64,000 nt of DNA from a virus: IMG/VR virus record IMGVR_UViG_3300036770_004568, positions 18,611 through 82,610 of that record. The stretch is one strand, 5' to 3'. The position numbers were made by a program, and so were the translations under genes. Below the pieces are notes generated by a model. It did not search any database, was not told where the DNA came from, and saw nothing but the letters and a program-made list of their open reading frames with translations. Below, piece after piece: positions 58,586 to 64,000 of the stretch (position 1 is its first letter; the number at the start of each line of letters is the position of its first letter).

Positions 58586-59026
58586 TTAGATGCGCACCAG
58601 ATCGTCTTCAATCACCTTGTCCCAGTCCACACGGGATGATGCTGACTTCAGTTGCTCTAGTGACGTGAACTTCTCGCTGTTCAGACTGGTCTGATAGTCT
58701 TTGATCTCTTGAGCAGTCTTCAGACCAATACCTCGAATATGGTCAGCAATCTGTTGAGCCGTGGCTGTATTGATATTGAGGCGCTTATCAGGCGGGAACT
58801 CACGGGGCTTATCACCGGATGACTTATCCTTGACCGCCATGCGCTTAACAGACGCCGTCGACTTCTGATCCACAATGATTTGGTTCTTGTGAACAGAGAA
58901 GATTTGGCCGTCTTGATCTTCAACTTGATACCACTCACCATGGTCCCATTCTTGAATCACCTTGACCACAGCATTGGTCTTTTTGTAGCGGTATAGCACT
59001 TTCTCCGCTGTTTGCGTGCTAGCCAT
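58586..59026 (-). CDS. helix-hairpin-helix (ComEA-like) protein
   Basis: LNINTATAQQI...RGIGLKTAQEI...FTSLEQL. Confidence 0.8.
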   Translation of the reverse strand: MASTQTAEKVLYRYKKTNAVVKVIQEWDHGEWYQVEDQDGQIFSVHKNQIIVDQKSTASVKRMAVKDKSSGDKPREFPPDKRLNINTATAQQIADHIRGIGLKTAQEIKDYQTSLNSEKFTSLEQLKSASSRVDWDKVIEDDLVRI

Positions 59027-59078
59027 ATAAAGCTTAGTTGACTATGGTCAGTCTATCACAAATCTTGCTATAGACAAT

Positions 59079-59105
59079 AAAAAAGCCCCCCAATTCGGGA
59101 GGCTT
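59079..59105 (-). terminator. intrinsic terminator of the capsid operon
   Basis: Minus strand aagcctccc-gaatt-ggggggctttttt. Confidence 0.75.
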
Positions 59106-59128
59106 GAATGATTGAACAGATGTTCAAC

Positions 59129-59920
59129 TCACACCACGGGATACTTGATGTAAGGATCCAGATCGCCAAATGACACAGGGCCATCGGGCTTCACGTAGCA
59201 CACTTCACACAGCAGGTAACCACGACGACCAGCAGCGGCATCAGCAGCAGTGATGGTGGCACCAGCGTTGGAGGCCACAGATTCAGCAGCAGCCGTCGCC
59301 TTGACAAACACCCGGAAGGTCGTGTCAGCGGTCAAACGGTGGAACGATTGCGCCGTGTCGATCACACCTGAGGGGGTCTGGTAGATCAGCGGAGTACCGC
59401 CAATGCTGCCAGTTCCTTCGGCCACTTCCGTAGCCAGAGCAGGACCAGTGGTCACAGCAATTTCAGCGTAGGCAGCTTCGCGGCCCACGTTGCTCACTGG
59501 CGAACCAGCGTTATCAGGACTGAGGCTCAGACGGGCACCGGAAGGGATGTAGACAGGGGCACTTTTGCGGCTACCGGCTTGCTCGCCATCACCCAGCCAG
59601 TCTTCACCCACAGAGAGGGAGACGCGGTAGATGTAAGCAGGCTCATCAGAAGTCGCGGCCACAGTCAGACCGGTGATGTCTTCACGGGTTTCATCGTTCT
59701 TGTAGGGGGAAGGAACGATGATGTCAAACGCTTTGGTTGCGGTTGCCGGATCGGTGTCAGCCACCACGGCATAGCCAAAGGTTTGGAAATAACGCCAGCC
59801 AGGAACAGAGAGAACCGAGGTGGGACCACCCACGGTCTCATTTCCCACGTTCTGGTACCAGCCGTTGAGGGGCATGGACCAGTTGCCGGGGAAAATCTTT
59901 TTAGCTTTCTTGTAAGTCAT
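59129..59920 (-). CDS. putative capsid-associated structural protein
   Basis: 263 aa; strong RBS (AAAGGAGAG); directly follows the capsid gene. Confidence 0.65.
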   Translation of the reverse strand: MTYKKAKKIFPGNWSMPLNGWYQNVGNETVGGPTSVLSVPGWRYFQTFGYAVVADTDPATATKAFDIIVPSPYKNDETREDITGLTVAATSDEPAYIYRVSLSVGEDWLGDGEQAGSRKSAPVYIPSGARLSLSPDNAGSPVSNVGREAAYAEIAVTTGPALATEVAEGTGSIGGTPLIYQTPSGVIDTAQSFHRLTADTTFRVFVKATAAAESVASNAGATITAADAAAGRRGYLLCEVCYVKPDGPVSFGDLDPYIKYPVV

Positions 59921-59955
59921 TAAGGTATCTCTCCTTTAGTTTTTGTTATCTAGGC

Positions 59956-62900
59956 TCAAGAAAGAACCCGGCCGTCCTTGACAAAGCTATACGCACAGGT
60001 GATGAAATCCTTATTCAGGCATTCAAAACCGGCGTAAAGTTGCCAGATGAGAATAATCGCCCTGCTGAAGTCGTCATTATTATTGATGAGGACTTGAGCG
60101 TTCGGACCACCGATACCCACACCAATTGCCTGAGGACCAAAGAAGTAACCTTGGGCAACTTCCTCAGCGACGGCAGAACCAGACTCAAGCTTAGCTTGAA
60201 CAGTTTTAGTCGGGTAGTTTGTTGATTCGAAGAATTTGACGCCCTCAAAGATCACGCCAGTAGGCATAACGGGTTCACCAGCCAGGAAATAAGCCTGACC
60301 AGCTTGAGGACCCATGTAGAATGAAGCGTTATTGGGCATTGCAGGGTTGCCCATATACATGCCCTGTCCAGGATTGCCAGCGTAGCGTGCAATCTCACGG
60401 AAGTCCGGATCCCTGCGGAGGTGCATCATGAAGGTGGGATCAACAATGGCCCGATACAGACCATCAGCATAAGTAGGCACATTGCGCTTACGCATCGACT
60501 TAACGATGTTCAGCAGGTCAGTGCGCACTTGGAATTGGTGCAGGCCAAGAGAAAAGGCAGCAGTTGCACCACCACTTCCGTAGTAGTCGAGGCTGGTCTC
60601 TTCTTTACCCATGGGGTAGTAGTAGCCACCTTGAGAATCGCCAGCAGGACCACGAGCGTGGGCTTTGGCTAGTTCATCAAGGAAAATACGATCCAAACAT
60701 GTTTCTCCAGGGCTTTTAACCCCTGGCTCTATAGCTTTACCATGGCTATAGTTCAGGCTATATCACGATCTAGATGGTCTAGATCCCCGGCACTCGTGGG
60801 AGAAGTGACTGACCGGACTGGTCTTGTCTCCTAGTCGTTGCACCTTCTAGTTAATTCCTTAACTAGCTTGGCTCAGGATTCCCCTTGGTTTGGCGGGGTT
60901 CCCTGAATTCACCGGGTTATTGCCCACTATTCACATAGTGGCGGCGCAATTGTATTTACGCCAGCGGCGATAGTCCGTGTATTCCGCTTAGGTTTCCCTA
61001 GGGACTGACTATATCTTCACCCTATGAATAGGGTGCAGGACGCTCATGCCTGTAATCAGGTAGTCGATGCACTGTCTAGAATCAGTGTTCTAGCTTAGCT
61101 CAGTGTTGCCATAGGTTTCGCCAAACCCTTAGGTTTCACTGAATTCATCCTGTTATTCACTAGACATTTACATGTCTAGGCGACAACTATTTTATCGAGC
61201 AGAGTGAGGCTACCGATGGACTGGTGAAACTGATTCAGGTTACCAGTATCGAGCAGCATCCGTTGCGCGGTGACTAGAGTCTCCCGAGCAATTTTGAAGC
61301 TTGAAGGCTGAGTCGGATCGGTCGGATCAGCAGGGCCGGTATCAATTGTGTTATCCCAAGGGTGTTGATCCCTTGGCTCTATGGTTTTACCATTACCATA
61401 GTTCAGACTATATCATCACCCGTCCCAGGGGGATTGGGTGCGAGGCACTCGTGACGCAATTGTGATTTCTCTGTTTTTATTTGAGTTATACAATCTGATC
61501 ACGTCAGACACTTTTTCTGTCCGACTTAAATCAGTCTTGTATTTGAGAGAAGGAAGTACATACTCATCAATGGAAGACAAAAGCATTTTAAGCTGTTTAG
61601 TATTCCACTTTAAATAGAACTTACCTGTTTTATGACAAACTTTTGTGTAAGTGGATCCTGTTAAATCATGGATCCATGAACCAACAATATCAGTTGTTGG
61701 TTCATCTTCACAAACAGCCAACCATCCCACTCTTTCAATCTTTACTGAACCACTCGGCTTAATTCTTTTGCGAACTTCCAGTGAACCATCATCCATCCAA
61801 AATAGAGCAAGCTCTTTAAGACCAAGATTCTGAAGAACTTCGACGCTAAGAGTCTTTTTGCCTTGTGGATACAGCAGGTTGTAAATGGGGGTTAAAAATT
61901 TCTTACTTGTTACACCAAAGCGCACAGCAGGGTAAATACCTTTGTCTTTGAAGTATTTCAATTGTGCGTGTGTACCCAAGATACTGTTTAACTGCTCTAG
62001 TTGCCATTGAGCGTACTCAACATGAGCATACTGACGCTGGATGTGCAGAGTCGTTGATTCAGATCTTTTTGATTTGGAAATACAACCATCTCCGATGGCA
62101 CATCCAATAAGAAATTTTTGCTGTTCAATGTTTATCATAAAACCATCTAGCGTTAGTCGTTGAACCTTCCGTGTCCTTAAAACGGCTTGGCTGCTGATTC
62201 CCCAATAGGATAGCAAAAAATCCTCTGGAGGGGTTCCAGCAATTCACCTCGTTATCGACGCAGATTACGCTGCGAAGGAGCTACCAATTAACTCTTTGAG
62301 CACCACCAGGACTTTCTCCTTGGTGATGTTACGGCTGCTAGCAGATCCAATGGTTTGATCAGGAAGACGCTCACGGCTTTCTTTAGTACCGGGCGAGCTC
62401 CAGAACTTATAGCGGTCAAGCTGCACTGTTTGGCCAGGCTGACGGGTGAAGTCGTGGACGACACTTGGTATTCCCGTCTGGCATTGATAAGCTGCTTAGA
62501 CGGTACTCACGGGTTTTCTATCCCCATGTCCAGACTATATCATATTCCCAGGACTGTTTCTGTTTCTCAAATCTTGCCTGATGAAGTTGAACACTACGCA
62601 TCAAGAATGTCGGACAAAGATGCGGCGATTGCTATTGGAATCTCTTATGTCTCTTTTTGGAAGTTAAGAAACAAATACAACATCAAATCTTTCTTTGAAA
62701 GAACAGGTCTCAGGAAGGACAAATCTACTGGAAAGCTTTTTCGTTTTTACCAATACAATGAGCGCTATTTCTCGTCAATTGATTCTACGGACAAAGCATA
62801 TTTCCTCGGACTACTAGCGTCTGATGGAAATATCTCCCCTCGTCTTACTGCTTGTCGGATTGCTCTTAAGCACTCAGACGCAGATATCCTTGATCACTTT

Positions 62901-63914
62901 AGGCTTTGCTTGGGAGCGGATTCTCCTCCCCTTAAGACTAAAGTGTCAAAAATCAATGGCGTTGAAAACGAGCCTCAAAAGGTATTGGTTCTAAGTCGAA
63001 CTTCTATGGTTAATGATCTAATCGAACTAGGGATAGTTCCAAATAAGTCAAAAACTCTAGAAATCAAATGTCCAAGCCTTAAAGACAATGAATTATGCAC
63101 TGCCTTTCTTCGAGGCGTTTGGGATGGAGACGGATCTATTACTCACCGACGTTTCAAAGTCGTTACTGCATCTGTTAAATTTGCATGTCAGCTCGACCAA
63201 ATGATTCATCAAGTGACTGGTATTCATTTGAAACCTTCTGTTCAACGTCCTAAATCAGGAAATCCGTTATTCGAATTCTCTGGTTATGTCAAAGATGCAG
63301 CTGTCCTGCATGCGCTATACAAAGATCCGTCACCAGCTCTTAAACGAAAGAAGCTTCAATACGAGTTGCACTGGGAATCTCGGCGCTAATTGTCCTCATC
63401 ATCTCATGGAGATGGTACGACATAGTCGTTGAACCTTCTATTGATCACTCAATAGCTTGGCTGCTGATTGCCCTAATCAAAATTCTGATGAGAGGGTTTC
63501 CAGCAATTCACCGAGTTTTCATTTCATGATTACTCATGAACGCGGCTGTCAATCAACCGGTTCCGTAGCCATTTCCGCGATGTACGCGGGGTGCTTTACT
63601 ACTACAGCTTTCACTGCCACTGACATCTTGCCATGTGTTTGTAGTCTGGCTGTTGATTGGATTTGTGGTACCAATCAAACCCTGTACCTTCTCCGGTTTC
63701 ATGATAGAAACTACGGAGCCTACCGTCCAGGCTCTACACCTTCCCGTTGACGGGCTTGGCTCGGTATTCCCCACCTCTAGGGGTTCACCGAATTTGGCAG
63801 GTATTACCCTACGACTTTCATCGTAGGCGCCCCACTCGTGAATTGTCGTGAGAGGGATTGACAATTCAATTAAGGCCGGTATAGTTCAGCTCCCAAAATC
63901 TTGGGAAAATCATT
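59956..63914 (-). CDS. major capsid protein, intron-split; exons 63914-63873, 63593-63556, 62463-62291, 61342-61194, 60975-60958, 60693-59956; first exon lies outside the window
   Basis: Joined exons (1158 nt) read without a stop: NDFPKILGAELYRP|HPAYIAEMATEPV|VVHDFTRQPGQTVQLDRYKF...VLKEY|TGPADP...LTLLD|DYRRWR|DRIFLDEL...; capsid identity from recalled family similarity, size and context. Confidence 0.8.
60694..60957 (-). ncRNA. group I intron 6 (264 nt, no ORF)
   Basis: 5' exon ends U (GGCGU pairs with GCGCC); core CAACGACTA and GATATAGCC; ends in G. Confidence 0.85.
60976..61193 (-). ncRNA. group I intron 5 (218 nt, no ORF)
   Basis: CGAU pairs with GUCG (P1); P10 AUAGUU/GACUAU; CATCGACTA and AAGATATAGTC; ends in G. 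Confidence 0.88.
61343..62290 (-). mobile_element. group I intron 4 (948 nt) with a sense LAGLIDADG ORF
   Basis: GAGU pairs with GCUC; AATTGCTGGAA, AATCAGCAG, CAACGACTA, GATATAGTC; splits the Tyr codon T|AT. Confidence 0.9.
61416..62138 (-). CDS. intron-encoded LAGLIDADG homing endonuclease
   Basis: FLIGCAIGDGCI and LALFWMDDGS; AT-rich; likely start ATG 62138. Confidence 0.88.
   Translation of the reverse strand: MINIEQQKFLIGCAIGDGCISKSKRSESTTLHIQRQYAHVEYAQWQLEQLNSILGTHAQLKYFKDKGIYPAVRFGVTSKKFLTPIYNLLYPQGKKTLSVEVLQNLGLKELALFWMDDGSLEVRKRIKPSGSVKIERVGWLAVCEDEPTTDIVGSWIHDLTGSTYTKVCHKTGKFYLKWNTKQLKMLLSSIDEYVLPSLKYKTDLSRTEKVSDVIRLYNSNKNREITIASRVPRTQSPWDG
62464..63555 (-). mobile_element. group I intron 3 (1092 nt) with an antisense LAGLIDADG ORF
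   Basis: CGGU pairs with GCCG; P10 GACA/UGUC; AATTGCTGGAA, AATCAGCAG, CAACGACTA, GATATAGTC; ends in G. Confidence 0.88.
62526..63389 (+). CDS. LAGLIDADG homing endonuclease with an N-terminal HTH, on the strand opposite its intron (start 62526 or 62608)
   Basis: KAYFLGLLASDGNI and AFLRGVWDGDGSI; N-terminal SDKDAAIAIGISYVSFWKLRNKY. Confidence 0.88.
   Translation: MSRLYHIPRTVSVSQILPDEVEHYASRMSDKDAAIAIGISYVSFWKLRNKYNIKSFFERTGLRKDKSTGKLFRFYQYNERYFSSIDSTDKAYFLGLLASDGNISPRLTACRIALKHSDADILDHFRLCLGADSPPLKTKVSKINGVENEPQKVLVLSRTSMVNDLIELGIVPNKSKTLEIKCPSLKDNELCTAFLRGVWDGDGSITHRRFKVVTASVKFACQLDQMIHQVTGIHLKPSVQRPKSGNPLFEFSGYVKDAAVLHALYKDPSPALKRKKLQYELHWESRR
63594..63872 (-). ncRNA. group I intron 2 (279 nt, no ORF, atypical P7)
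   Basis: GCCU pairs with GGGC; AAATTCGGTGAA, AATACCGAG, GTAGAGCCTG, AAGGTACAGG; ends AGTAAAG. Confidence 0.8.
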
Positions 63915-64000
63915 CATCATATCTCTAGTTACCTAGAGGACGGACTATCTCTTCACCCCTGTAGGGTGCCAGGCGCTTGTGACGATTGACTGATGAAGCC
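63915..64000 (-). ncRNA. 3' part of group I intron 1 (continues beyond the window)
   Basis: P8 caccctacaggggtg, AAGAGATAGTCC, P9 ctctaggtaactagag, terminal G before AAT GAT TTT. Confidence 0.8.

Noticed and set aside
59956-60696. ORF-track 246 aa protein starting MDRIFLDE as a standalone gene
   Set aside because: Its TTG start lies in the last bases of intron 6; it is the final exon of the spliced capsid gene.
62355-62525. N-terminal extension of the 344 aa plus-strand ORF
   Set aside because: It is the antisense of capsid exon 4 and the intron 3 end; endonuclease-like sequence starts later.
63457-63864. Short ORFs 63457-63750, 63553-63864 and 63635-63826
   Set aside because: They overlap intron cores and micro-exons and show no protein motifs.

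Overview
This 64 kb window comes from a large tailed dsDNA phage, most likely a cyanophage: it carries an NblA-like gene, an XisA-like tyrosine integrase and a cyanobacterial-type IS1341-like tnpB. It encodes replication and nucleotide genes (PD-(D/E)XK exonuclease, intein-containing primase-helicase, nrdA/nrdB, dcd), six paralogous fibre/spike genes, five putative peptidoglycan hydrolases, a Dps-like protein, two tRNAs and one tRNA-like RNA with a 15-nt anticodon loop. The main result is at the right end. The putative major capsid protein gene (minus strand) is split by at least six group I introns into exons of 42, 38, 173, 149, 18 and 738 nt, which I spliced by hand into one continuous frame. 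Two of the introns carry LAGLIDADG endonucleases, one of them antisense to its intron, and one intron has a hairpin inserted in its P7 core. All calls come from manual motif reading; no database searches were run.
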